A stretch of 64,000 bases of DNA from contig OY759599.1 of assembly GCA_963662465.1 (NCBI GenBank), positions 1,312,001 to 1,376,000 on the forward strand, given 5' to 3'. Below the pieces are notes generated by a model. That model saw only the letters and a program-made list of their open reading frames with translations, was not told the DNA's origin and did no database searches. The stretch comes from Desulfatiglandales bacterium (GTDB taxonomy: Bacteria; Desulfobacterota; DSM-4660; Desulfatiglandales; Desulfatiglandaceae). Shown here one piece after another: positions 40,698 through 50,978 of this stretch (positions are counted from its first letter, which is position 1; the number at the start of each line of letters is the position of its first letter). A program made the position numbers and the translations under genes.

Positions 40698-41918
40698 ATG
40701 GAAATTGAAAGAGCATTATACCAAAATATCTGGGACAAGCTTTCCGCACATAAACAAATGGTTTTTATTGCCGGGCCGCGGCAGGCCGGCAAAACCACTT
40801 TTACGCGGATTCTGGCCGAAGATTTCATGAATTCGCTCTATTTCAACTGGGATATCATTGAGGATAAACGAAACCTGATTGAAAACCCCTCCTTTTATGA
40901 AGAAGTTCATCGTAGCGATAATACCGTTCCACTCATTATATTTGATGAGTTGCACAAATATTCAAACTGGAAAAATTATCTAAAAAGTGTCTACGATCGC
41001 GATAAAAGCAACTATACATTCGTCGTATCCGGCAGCGGCAGGCTTGATATGTACCAAAAAGGAGGAGATTCCCTGGCCGGTCGGTATTTTCTTTTTTACC
41101 TGTGGCCGTTTACCCTTGCAGAACTTGCGGGAAATAATCTTACCTTTGAACAATTTCTGGCCAATCCCATTGAAGTTCGCGCTGCGCCTAATGAAACAAT
41201 AACCATCTGGAATAAACTGACTCGTTTTTCCGGATTCCCCGATCCGTACCTTGATGGAACAAATGAGTTCTACCGGATCTGGTCAAACACTTATAAGAAG
41301 CAGCTCTTGCGGGAAGATATTCGTGATCTCGCATCACTTCGCAACATTGAGGCTGTGGAAATTCTTTTTTCTTTGCTCCCTTCCAAAATCGGCAGTCCAC
41401 TTTCAATGGCAAGCCTTTCCAGAGATATTAATGTGTCATTTGACAGTGTTCGGAGCTGGATCGAGATTTTTGAGAACTTTTTCCTGGTATTCAGAATAGC
41501 GCCATGGAGCGGGAAAATATCGAGGGCCATAACCAAGGAGAAAAAACTGTATCTCTTCGATTACGCGGGGATTGATTCCCCGGGGGCAAAATTTGAAAAT
41601 ATGGTTGCTCTGGAATTGTTCCGGGCGGTTTCGAACTGGAATGATCTCGGGCTTGGGAATTTTGCATTGCATTATATCCGAAATCGGGAGAAGGAAGAGG
41701 TTGATTTCCTGATTTCCAACAACCACACGCCTCTCATTCTCATCGAAACCAAACGATCCGATGATCATGTATCCAAAAGCCTAAGGAAATTTCAAAAGGT
41801 ACTCAATATCCCGGCGGTCCAGCTGGTCAACAGAAACAATGTCTGTAAAATAGTCTCTAACAATAACCTGCGAATCATGATCATCAGCGCGGATCACTGG
41901 CTGTCATTGCTGCCGTAA
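40698..41918 (+). CDS. AAA+ ATPase with DUF4143 domain
   Basis: GPRQAGKTT, FDELH, SLAGR, KKLYLFD and EVDF..IETK. Confidence 0.9.
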   Translation: MEIERALYQNIWDKLSAHKQMVFIAGPRQAGKTTFTRILAEDFMNSLYFNWDIIEDKRNLIENPSFYEEVHRSDNTVPLIIFDELHKYSNWKNYLKSVYDRDKSNYTFVVSGSGRLDMYQKGGDSLAGRYFLFYLWPFTLAELAGNNLTFEQFLANPIEVRAAPNETITIWNKLTRFSGFPDPYLDGTNEFYRIWSNTYKKQLLREDIRDLASLRNIEAVEILFSLLPSKIGSPLSMASLSRDINVSFDSVRSWIEIFENFFLVFRIAPWSGKISRAITKEKKLYLFDYAGIDSPGAKFENMVALELFRAVSNWNDLGLGNFALHYIRNREKEEVDFLISNNHTPLILIETKRSDDHVSKSLRKFQKVLNIPAVQLVNRNNVCKIVSNNNLRIMIISADHWLSLLP

Positions 41919-42145
41919 TCGGTTTCTGATGTGTTGTCAAAACGATGAAATTGCAGTATCGACTTTTTCAAAACCGTGCAGAACAAAATACACTTTTTAT
42001 CCGGACTTAGAAGACCATGAAGACCCAACGGAGATCGATGCCACCTTAAATACCATGCTTGATGAACTCGTTGTCGAACCCGAGACGATTGCCTGTGATA
42101 AATTTAGCTGATTCGAACAACTGATATCCGGAAAGGAATATCCTT

Positions 42146-43648
42146 ATGAAAAGACATATCAATATTATCGGTGCGGGGATCGCTGGTTTGTCTGCCGGGT
42201 GCTATTTGCAGATGAACGGCTATGAAACCCAGATCTTTGAGTTGCACAATTTGCCAGGTGGGCTTTGTACCGCCTGGAAGCGCAAAGACTATACCTTTGA
42301 CGGATGTCTTCACTGGCTGGTCGGGTCGAGTCCCAGGGATAAGTTTTATCAGCTCTGGAACGAATTGATCGATATGGAAAAATTGAAATTTGTCGATCAT
42401 GAATATTACATCAAAGTGGAAGACAAAACCGGCAAGTCAATGACTGTTTTTTGTGATGTGGACCGGATGGAAACCGAAATGCTTGAAAAAGCGCCGGAAG
42501 ATCGGGTTGTTATTGAAGAATTTGTAACCGGAGTGCGAAAGTTGATGAATTTTCGGTTGCCGATTGAAAAGGCGCCTGAAATATACAATTTGCTTGATTT
42601 TATAAAGATGATGGTGAGCATGCTCCCTTATATGGGTGAAATGAAAAAATGGGTCGGTATCAGTGCCACGGAGTTCGCCGGGCGATGTCGCAATGAATTG
42701 CTTCGTAAAACATTTTTATACATGTTCTGGCCGACCATGAATGTCTTGTTTTTGGTGCTGACCCTGGTTTGGATGAATAAGAAAAGCGCTGGGTATCCTA
42801 TTGGCGGATCACTGAATTTTGCCAAACTGATCGAAAAAAAATACCTGGCATTGGGTGGTAAAATCAACTATAAATCCAGGGTGATGCGCGTGATCGTTGA
42901 AAATGGAACCGCCAAAGGGCTTGTTTTGCAAAACCGGCAAACCTATCCCGCTGATATTGTCATTTCCGCTGCAGATGGTCATGATACGATTTTTAATATG
43001 CTCGACGGAAAATATCTAAACGGTAAGATTGAATCATATTACCAGGATTACGAAGTTTTTCCCTCTTATATCCAAGTATCGTTGGGCATTGCCAAAGCAC
43101 TGGAAGACCTGCCGCATATGGTCGTGTTTCCCTTGCAAACGCCATTGTATATCGATGACACTATTACTTATGATGATATCAATATTCGTGTGTTTAACTT
43201 TGATCCAACCATGGCCCCGGAAGGCAAAACTGTGGTCACAAGTATGCTGTCCACGGCAAACTACAAACATTGGAGACATTTAAAAAAGCAGCAGCCAGAA
43301 ATCTATAAGGCCGAAAAAAAGCGCATTGCAGACGCTATTGTCGAAGCTTTAGACAAAAAATACGGTGGTATTAAAGACCACGTGGAAGCAGTCGATGTGT
43401 CGACCCCATCGACGGTTATCCGGTATACCAATAACTGGCAGGGCAGTTTTGAGGGATGGGTCTGGACACCTAAAATCGGATTTTCGAAAATGAAAAAAGA
43501 ACTGCCCGGTTTAAATAATTTTTACATGATCGGCCAGTGGGTTGAACCGGGTGGGGGAGTGCCGCCGGCATTGATGTCCGGCCGGGGAGTGGCTCAGATC
43601 ATTTGTAAACGTGACCACAAACGGTTTAAAGTTTTGTCAGCGGTTTGA
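42146..43648 (+). CDS. Phytoene dehydrogenase-like FAD-dependent oxidoreductase
   Basis: IIGAGIAGL, PGGLC.AW.R..Y.FDG and GQWVEPGGGVP. Confidence 0.85.
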   Translation: MKRHINIIGAGIAGLSAGCYLQMNGYETQIFELHNLPGGLCTAWKRKDYTFDGCLHWLVGSSPRDKFYQLWNELIDMEKLKFVDHEYYIKVEDKTGKSMTVFCDVDRMETEMLEKAPEDRVVIEEFVTGVRKLMNFRLPIEKAPEIYNLLDFIKMMVSMLPYMGEMKKWVGISATEFAGRCRNELLRKTFLYMFWPTMNVLFLVLTLVWMNKKSAGYPIGGSLNFAKLIEKKYLALGGKINYKSRVMRVIVENGTAKGLVLQNRQTYPADIVISAADGHDTIFNMLDGKYLNGKIESYYQDYEVFPSYIQVSLGIAKALEDLPHMVVFPLQTPLYIDDTITYDDINIRVFNFDPTMAPEGKTVVTSMLSTANYKHWRHLKKQQPEIYKAEKKRIADAIVEALDKKYGGIKDHVEAVDVSTPSTVIRYTNNWQGSFEGWVWTPKIGFSKMKKELPGLNNFYMIGQWVEPGGGVPPALMSGRGVAQIICKRDHKRFKVLSAV

Positions 43649-43960
43649 TAAGGTGATGTGTTGCAATATTTGTAACCGTTCACGGTTGCCGGTTCACGGT
43701 TTTTCAATGAATTATGGGTTTCCTTCATACAGATTTACACTTTCCTGATGAATCGTTTTTTCAATTTTAATGAAGGATGCGGAATTATGTTGGGATTGAT
43801 AACCGCAATTTTTTAAATCTTCACAAGAGGACCCCATAGTCTTCCGTTATCCTCTGTTTTTCAACCGTAAACCGGCATAACGGGTATGATCGCCGATTGT
43901 AAGAAAGCGATTCAATGCCGGGAGCATACCGAATGTCGTTGAAGAAGCGCAGCAGTGCGT

Positions 43961-44473
43961 TTACAAAAAATCAATGTTGATTAAGGTGGAAAGATGATTG
44001 AATTCTTCCCGTATGATTTCTTTCAATAATTTGTTCATTTCATTGTCCTCAATGATGTTTGCCAGTCCCGCATAAAAAACGATACTGTCTTTTTCAAATC
44101 CTATGGCCATGCGAATCACGTCGCCTGTTTCCTCACTTCCGGTGACGACGTGATTGAGGATGAAATCAAAATCAAAAATCCGGGAATCCTGAACGGCACT
44201 CGCATACTTGGAGATAGACTGCCAGGTGGTCGCCTGGATCGGGGTCTTGATACGGTTTTCGTATGTTAACCGCAGATCTGAAAAAAAATCCTCATGTTTA
44301 AGCTCGTTGGTTGCCATTTTTTGAAGCACCAGAAATGCTTCTTCATCCGTAACGTTTTTGGAGATCTGGAAATAGAATCCTGCTGTGGCATGTTCAACCT
44401 TTGCGGCCATGTTCAGCAAACTCGATACGATCTCATTGGCATCTATCATGTTACTCTTCTTAAATAGCGCCAT
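43961..44473 (-). CDS. Ferritin-like/rubrerythrin family protein
   Basis: E..FY, ELKH, EKDSIVFY and EEFNH di-iron motifs. Confidence 0.8.
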   Translation of the reverse strand: MALFKKSNMIDANEIVSSLLNMAAKVEHATAGFYFQISKNVTDEEAFLVLQKMATNELKHEDFFSDLRLTYENRIKTPIQATTWQSISKYASAVQDSRIFDFDFILNHVVTGSEETGDVIRMAIGFEKDSIVFYAGLANIIEDNEMNKLLKEIIREEFNHLSTLINIDFL

Positions 44474-44809
44474 TGCAGCCTCCGCGATTTTTTTTACCTA
44501 AAAGCAGCAATCAGCTTTTGAGCTATTAGCCGTTAGGTTAATGACATAACTGATAACTGCGACTCCGACGCCTTAGCCTATTTTCATCGTTCGCAAAATG
44601 CAATAGGATTTATAAGCGTAATTCTCATTTTGGGAGCATTGGAAGAAGGTTGGTCGCTGACCGGGAACGCTGCTTGATGATTTGAGGATGTTTTTCTATA
44701 AACGCCATACTCAAAAAAACTTGACTCTCAAGTGAGTTCATGTAAAAGAAAATTTTCCCATGCGCATCTTATTTGAACTGCTGTATCGCCAAACGGGGTA
44801 ACGAGAAAA

Positions 44810-45888
44810 GGAAACGTTCGTCAGATTATAAGTTGCGGTTTAATTTTTCATTTGATAGCGTGTTTGCATGCCGAGAAAAGCCCGCATAGATGCCCCAGGA
44901 GCGCTTCACCATGTTATTGCCAGGGGGATCGGCCGTCGAAAAGTGTTTGATGATGATGACGACCGAGATTTTTTTGTTGAACGGCTGGGGCAAATTGTTT
45001 CTGATACGGAAACACACTGTTTTGCGTGGGCGCTGATGCCCAATCATTTCCATTTGCTTTTGAAAACCGGCATTATCCCTGTCTCTACGGTCATGAAACG
45101 CCTCTTAACCGGTTACGCCATGCACTATAACCGGAGACACAAGCGGTATGGCCATCTGTTTCAAAACCGATACAAGTCAATCCTCTGCCAGGAAGATTCA
45201 TATCTATTGGAACTGACTCGCTATGTGCATTTGAACCCGCTTCGGGCAAAATTGGTATCTGATCTAAAGGAGTTGTGCAACCATCCTTACAGCGGGCATA
45301 GCGTACTTATGGGGAGGGTAACCGCGGAGTGGCAGAACACGACAATCCTCGGGTTGTTTGGCGACAAGGTGTCCGTTGCGCGGCGGCGATACCTGGAATT
45401 TGTAAAAAAGGGGATAGCTGCCGGTAAGCGGCAAGATCTCACGGGTGGGGGACTGGTTCGGAGCGTTGGGGGGTGGTCCGCCGTGAAGTCATTGCGGAAG
45501 GCCGGCGTATTTCAGAAGGGGGATGAGCGTATCCTTGGCGATGGTGAATTTGTGGAGAAGGCGCTCTCTCAAGCCGAGGAGGCATTCGCGAGGAAATATC
45601 GCTTGAAGGCCAAGGGGGTTGATGTCGGCAGGATTGCCGAGAGAGTTGCCGACATTATGGGCATGGCCCCCGAAGTGGTTTGGGCCTCGGGAAAACAGCC
45701 TAAGATTGTGCAGGCCCGCAGCCTTCTTTGCTACTGGGCGACCGGTGAATTGGGCGTTAGCCAGGCGTGGTTAAGCCGGAAACTGGGGATTTCCCAGGCA
45801 GCGGTAAGCCTTTCGGTAAGCAGAGGACGTCGGATTGCATTAGAAAATCACTATGAGATTGGGAACTTATAAACTGACGAACGTCCCC
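44810..45888 (+). mobile_element. TIR-flanked Y1/RAYT HUH transposase element
   Basis: 25-bp inverted ends (22/25) at 44810-34 and 45864-88; the transposase stop codon lies inside the right end. Confidence 0.8.
44868..45872 (+). CDS. REP-associated tyrosine transposase (Y1_Tnp) with C-terminal HTH
   Basis: HHVIARG, LMPNHFHLL (HUH), FQNRYKS, YVHLNP (catalytic Tyr) and a DnaA_C-like HTH. Confidence 0.9.
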   Translation: MPRKARIDAPGALHHVIARGIGRRKVFDDDDDRDFFVERLGQIVSDTETHCFAWALMPNHFHLLLKTGIIPVSTVMKRLLTGYAMHYNRRHKRYGHLFQNRYKSILCQEDSYLLELTRYVHLNPLRAKLVSDLKELCNHPYSGHSVLMGRVTAEWQNTTILGLFGDKVSVARRRYLEFVKKGIAAGKRQDLTGGGLVRSVGGWSAVKSLRKAGVFQKGDERILGDGEFVEKALSQAEEAFARKYRLKAKGVDVGRIAERVADIMGMAPEVVWASGKQPKIVQARSLLCYWATGELGVSQAWLSRKLGISQAAVSLSVSRGRRIALENHYEIGNL

Positions 45889-46134
45889 TAGTCCTCCTCG
45901 TTCCCATGCTCCGCGTGGGAACGGACAACGGAGGCTCCGCGTCCGTTCAGGGGGCGGCGGTCGAGGCCAGGGCAAAGGCGGAGGTTCCGGCGCCAAAGAC
46001 GGTACAAGCACCCCGGAACGCCCCCAGGACGGCACAGGCTACGGCGCCTGTTTCAACTGCTGTGAATTCACTGCAATAAAATGGAGACTTTCCCGTTCCA
46101 ATGCGCCATATGGGAATTGAAAAGTATACCGATC

Positions 46135-47232
46135 ATGAACCTATGTTGCACAAAATGCTTTACGACAATTCTGCTTGAAGGTCCCATTGCTCCGACCGGT
46201 TCAAAAGTGACATGTGCGGGGTGCGGGTCAGCGTTTACGATCTATCCTTCAAAAACCGTTATCGGCGACTTCGTAAAATATGTCATGAACAATTCTTATA
46301 TTTCGGCAAGGGCTTGTTCAATGATTCGAAATTATGTTCGTGATGTGGATGTTTTTTTGCGATTATCGCGAAAGGATTTCCTCGGATTTCGGAACTGTGG
46401 TCAAAAAATAACCAGTGAATTGATGAAATTTCAGCGTGAACTGAGAAAAGAACTGGATTACGACGCAGGGCAAAATGAATCTGAAGATGAAATCGTCCAA
46501 AGCAATCATAAGGCCGTCATCGCGTTCCTTTCAAGAGACGTATTTTTCAAAGAGGTCCTTGACTCCGAATTATCGCAGGCTTATTTCAAAGCGCTGCGGC
46601 ACTGCGGAATCGATACCCTGGAAAAAGTTTTGGCCCTGAGCGATCAAGATGCGCTTCGAATTAATCACGTTGGGCGTAAGACCCTGCGCCTGTTCCGTGG
46701 GCTTCAAGAGATCTGCTCTGAAATTGTAAAGGCCATTGTCCATTCGGAAGCGCTTCGTTTCAAAGATTTCAAATGGGTGGTGAGACAGGATCAAACGATT
46801 CGAAATATCCTCTCCCGCGGAAAAAATATGGATGTGGATGCTCCTTTTTCTTCCCTGTCTCAATGGATACTGGAAAACAGCTGGTATTCTGAACGAAACA
46901 GGGATGTATTCATGTGCCGAATGAGGATGTTGGGTGAGCCCGGGATGACGTATGATAATATCGGTATAAGGTATAATATTTCAAGAGGACGCGTACAGCA
47001 GATCATCCTGAAAGTACAATCCAATGGACGTCGTCCCCTCCAGAGAATAAGGCTTGATCCTTTGATCGCAAAGGCAGCCGAAATTGTAAAAACCGGCGGA
47101 GGAAAAACAGGGCTCTCGGAATTAACCGAATCCTTATTGAATTGTGGGCCTCAAGGCGAGCGCCTGAAAAATGCGGAACCCTTTGTTGAATATCTGAAAT
47201 CCTTCCCAGAATGGGAAGAAGCCATGAGGTGA
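46135..47232 (+). CDS. Zn-ribbon / 2x alpha-CTD-like / sigma4 protein, copy 3
   Basis: Close paralogue of copy 1; reading frame intact. Confidence 0.75.
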   Translation: MNLCCTKCFTTILLEGPIAPTGSKVTCAGCGSAFTIYPSKTVIGDFVKYVMNNSYISARACSMIRNYVRDVDVFLRLSRKDFLGFRNCGQKITSELMKFQRELRKELDYDAGQNESEDEIVQSNHKAVIAFLSRDVFFKEVLDSELSQAYFKALRHCGIDTLEKVLALSDQDALRINHVGRKTLRLFRGLQEICSEIVKAIVHSEALRFKDFKWVVRQDQTIRNILSRGKNMDVDAPFSSLSQWILENSWYSERNRDVFMCRMRMLGEPGMTYDNIGIRYNISRGRVQQIILKVQSNGRRPLQRIRLDPLIAKAAEIVKTGGGKTGLSELTESLLNCGPQGERLKNAEPFVEYLKSFPEWEEAMR

Positions 47233-47443
47233 TAAAGACCCGTGACGTCTGGAGGTTCTGATTGAGGGTCAAACCTTGATTTGTGATTAAGGATTTTAAC
47301 CCGTTCAGTAAGGTAAACTTCGCTGTCATTGTTATAAATTCAACGGAGCAGGCACGGATTACGCCCCAGTTGAACACCCAGAGTGGGTGGAATGGGGGTC
47401 CGTTGCTATTTAACTGAGTTTCTCATGGACTGGGGTAGTTTTG

Positions 47444-47959
47444 TTAGCTTTTTTTGCTGAACGTAAGAAGCAGGCGACGTGCATCTTTTAACAAAAGAAG
47501 AAGTTGTCGATCATAAAGCGGTGAGGCAACAAAACCAAAACGAAGATAGAATTGAGTTGCATCCTCATCGATCGGATGCGTAAGTAAGGCTCGTATGCCG
47601 GCATGTTCAGCCATCATGAGAGTGCGGCGAATGGCGTCCTGAAGGAGACCTCTTCCAATACCACGCCCCTGATGTCGTAGAGAAACGGCAAGCCGAGCGA
47701 GTAAAACCACAGGGATAGGGTACTGCCCCATACCCTTACGGATGCGCTCTGGAGCTTCCAGCGTATCCACCTGTCCGACGGTCAGACTGAAGTATCCAAC
47801 AATTCGGTCACTATCAACCACTACAAATGTTTTGGCTGAGCCGCTGGCCTGTGCCTGACGCGCATGACGAGCCAACCAGTCATTTAGAACCGGCTTGCCA
47901 CAGTCGAAGGGTGAAACGGGATGCTCAGTATTCAGCGGTTCGGGGGGAATCAGGGACAT
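47444..47959 (-). CDS. GNAT acetyltransferase toxin (TacT/AtaT-like)
   Basis: FDCGKPVLNDWL, PVVLLARLAV..QGRGIG and FY.RFGF. Confidence 0.9.
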   Translation of the reverse strand: MSLIPPEPLNTEHPVSPFDCGKPVLNDWLARHARQAQASGSAKTFVVVDSDRIVGYFSLTVGQVDTLEAPERIRKGMGQYPIPVVLLARLAVSLRHQGRGIGRGLLQDAIRRTLMMAEHAGIRALLTHPIDEDATQFYLRFGFVASPLYDRQLLLLLKDARRLLLTFSKKS

Positions 47960-48255
47960 TGCTCATCCCAAGGCGCAGGCTTGGAGAACAAATCCTGCAA
48001 CCCGATGTTTTCCTCAGCGGGACGATCCAGTAGATCCAGCAGGTTCTGATATCGGTTGCCGGAGACCATGAACATCCGCTGATCCAGCAACGCGTTTTCA
48101 GCGGCATGATATGCACTGTCCATGATAAATTCTGTCAGTGACTTGTGGCACACCTCTGCCGCACGGCGCAGGACGACCTCCTGTTCCGGGGTTGTACGAA
48201 GTCCAAGTCGAGACGATTTAACGGGTCTTTTTCCAATCGGTTGAGTCGCTGTCAT
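47950..48255 (-). CDS. DUF1778 antitoxin (TacA-like)
   Basis: RLGLR..RRAAE..SLTEFI..LLD.P..N..L..L. Confidence 0.88.
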   Translation of the reverse strand: MTATQPIGKRPVKSSRLGLRTTPEQEVVLRRAAEVCHKSLTEFIMDSAYHAAENALLDQRMFMVSGNRYQNLLDLLDRPAEENIGLQDLFSKPAPWDEQCP

Positions 48256-48575
48256 GATTGATCTCCTTTTTCAGAATCAATATGTAATGTTAGTACATTT
48301 GACGCGCGGTGTCAACTCAGATCAGTATCATGGGGGTCAGGCTTGGTTTATTTTTAGACAGGATTAACAGGATTAACAGGATTTTCAGGATTCTTTTTGT
48401 TTTCATTTCCAATATCATAGGGGTCAAGTCTTTGATTGACTTGTTTTGCCGCCCTGACACGAATGAGGCGGGTGAAGTCAAAGCGCCGGCCGATATCGCC
48501 AACAGGCAATACGCGATTGAGGTTCAGAGGCTTGTGAACATCCAGGTTCCTAATCCAAGTACAGGAGATGCATGA

Positions 48576-49526
48576 ATGGCCGGAAGAAAAACAAAACCAT
48601 CGACTGAAATCGAAACGATTGAATTCGCCATTGAGGACGCATTGAGACCCGGTGACTTTATTGAGTATGATTTTAGCTGGTCTTTCACATCCGGTCTTGA
48701 AGAGGTCAGAAGTATCATCGAAAACTTCACCATCAGGGAACCCGTTCGCGGCATTGATCTAATCGAGACATTTATCGCTGCCTGTTATGAGAAAGCGGAT
48801 GAGATCGATGACTCCCGCGGATCATTCGGCGATTTTGTTGAAGCGCTGTTTTGTTCCTGGGTCAATGCCAGACAACGCGCGGACTGTGCGGCGAAGGAAA
48901 CCGTTCATCGCCTTCTTGCGTGGATCGATAACGACGACTACGGTTTTACTTACAACCTGGCAAAAGAGGTTCCCCGGTTTCTCAACGAAGAGGGTTTGGA
49001 AGAATTTACGGCGGCCATCCGTGCGCGCTATGAAGCTGAAATAAAGAAAGAGCATCATCGAAGTCTGTGGGGTGGAACCCTCAAAAGTATTTATGCCGCC
49101 GGCGGTGACTTCGATGCATATCTCTCAATCTGCAATGAGACGGAACTTCTGCCTGTGGATTGCGAAACCCTGGCGGAAATGCGCATTTCAAATGGAAGCC
49201 CGGCAGAAGCGCTGAAATGGGTGGAAAAGGGTCTTGAAATCGAGAGCAATACTCAGGTGTACCGGGGGTCAAGCTATAAACTGGTCACCATGAAACGCGA
49301 CATTCTCACCAGGCTTGGCAGACCCGAAGAAGCACTTTCCGATGCGTGGCGGGATTTTTCCAAACACCCGGATGAATTCACGTACGATGAACTGATAAAC
49401 CGTATTCCAAAAGAACAGCATGCCGAATATCATAACCGTATCCTTGAGGTCAGCAGCAGCGCGGAACTGGAACCGGCTATCCGTATTCAACATTCCTTGT
49501 TCGACATTCGATATTCAAAAAAATAA
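48576..49526 (+). pseudogene. DUF6880-like protein, copy 3 (3'-truncated)
   Basis: Longest N-terminal copy; ends in ATTCGA-type repeat sequence and lacks the C-terminus kept by copy 2. Confidence 0.7.
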
Positions 49527-49602
49527 TGGTGGGCGACTGCCAATTCAGTCGAGAGGTCCGAGTGAGCGAAGCCCGAGAATTTCAGAAGTTCAGGAAAAAA
49601 AA

Positions 49603-49860
49603 ATGATAGAACTTATACAAAATGTTAAAGGGAAAAATGAATTCAAAGACAATGATCTTGTATGTTGCTGCTTTGAATACACAAAAAAAGATATCGAAAA
49701 TGATTACGATAAAAATGGAAAGTCCGTCATCTATGAAAATATAGTTTCCGAAAAAAAGCGAGGTGGATGCCATTGCACCTCCAGGAATCCCAAAGGCAAA
49801 TGATGCTTATCTGACGTCTACCAGGTGGTGGAATCGTTCAAAAAGAAAAAGAACATATAG
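49603..49860 (+). CDS. BFD-like/CopZ-type [2Fe-2S] metallochaperone, probable selenoprotein (UGA at 49801)
   Basis: LVCCCFEYT..CHC..RNPKGK-UGA-CLSDV matches the family NPxGxCC motif; SECIS-like hairpin directly downstream. Confidence 0.75.
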
Positions 49861-49976
49861 CAAAATTTTTCCTCCCTCGTTCCCATGCTCCGCGTGGGAA
49901 CGGACAACGGAGGCTCCGCGTCCCGTGAGAGCGTCTTCCAGCCGCGAAAAAGCACTCACTGGGGGTTCGCGCGGGC

Positions 49977-50000
49977 TGTAGGTGCAGCTTCAGCCGCACA
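49977..50000. repeat. GTAG-type REP family B (TGTAGGTGCGGCTTCAGCCGCACA); copies at 23914, 23950, 53675, 56039
   Basis: GTAG tag followed by a GTGCGRCT-N-AGYCGCAC palindrome. Confidence 0.85.
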
Positions 50001-50213
50001 TTTCAAAATCTTTTTAAGGCAAGGTTGCAGGCAAGATGCATTGTTTTTGAAAAATGTATTGGGGTAAGGTGGACCCCCATTTCGTTCAGGCACTGAGCTT
50101 CTTTTCCTTCCCTTTATGCGCTATGCTCAGTAAACTGTCGTAAAAAAAGCAGACTTGCCGGTTTAATCCGGCAAATTTTGTCTTCACTCACTCTATATAA
50201 AGGAGGTTGCCGC

Positions 50214-50402
50214 ATGCCTACTGCCAAACAACAAGTTATGGCGCTACTGAAAGATCTTCCGGACAGCAGCACTCTGGAGGAAATTCAATATTGCCTGTAT
50301 GTACAACAAAAAATTCAGCACGGAATGGATGACATCGAAGCGGGAAGATCATCAAATCAGGAAGAAGTCGAAAAACGGATGGAAAAATGGCTCGCGAAGT
50401 GA
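50214..50402 (+). CDS. Putative antitoxin
   Basis: LPDSSTLEEIQY.LYV.QKI..G..DIEAGR; RBS AGGAGG; overlaps the toxin gene. Confidence 0.8.
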   Translation: MPTAKQQVMALLKDLPDSSTLEEIQYCLYVQQKIQHGMDDIEAGRSSNQEEVEKRMEKWLAK

Positions 50403-50716
50403 TCTGGGCCCATGCTGCCCAAGAAGACTTGGAAGCGGCAGCGGCTTACATTCACCGTGACTCGCCGTTTTATGCAGCCGCTTTTGTAAAGAAGACGCTG
50501 ACAGCAGCTCGCTCTCTCGCCGATTTCCCTCTGCGTGGCGCTATGGTTCGTGAATTCGGAACCGCGGATATACGAGAGATCATTGTTTATAGCTATCGCC
50601 TGATTTATCGCGTTGAGAGTAATCAGATTTCAATTCTATCGTTGATACACGGCAGCCGGGAATTTACAAGAGCTTGGAATGAAAGAGATCGAGAAGATTC
50701 TCTTAGCGAAAATTAG
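50387..50716 (+). CDS. RelE/ParE family toxin
   Basis: WAHAAQEDL..YIHRDSP, FP.RG..V.E and YRLIY...HGSR. Confidence 0.88.
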   Translation: MAREVIWAHAAQEDLEAAAAYIHRDSPFYAAAFVKKTLTAARSLADFPLRGAMVREFGTADIREIIVYSYRLIYRVESNQISILSLIHGSREFTRAWNERDREDSLSEN

Positions 50717-50978
50717 AATCTTTAGTTTAGGCTCCGCAAGGATTTGTGATTATGACTGTTTACAATCGTTTTTTTAACATTCCTCTATGGTTCTGGTCAG
50801 GGTTCGGGATCCGGTAACGGGACTGGGGACGGTTCGGGCAGTGGCGCCGGAACAGGCAATCAATAGGATCGTCTCCTCCAATGCAGAGTTGGTCGGAAAT
50901 CACGCGGCTGGCAGGGGAGGAAGAAAAACCTCCGGCATCGGTGGATGGCGACCGGCAAACGGGGAGTGGCATACCAAA

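Noticed and set aside
50787..50978. N-terminal extensions of Fic (and of ORFs 33767, 55476, 49420, 26007)
   Set aside because: The upstream parts are repeat or other-gene scraps; downstream ATGs fit family starts better.
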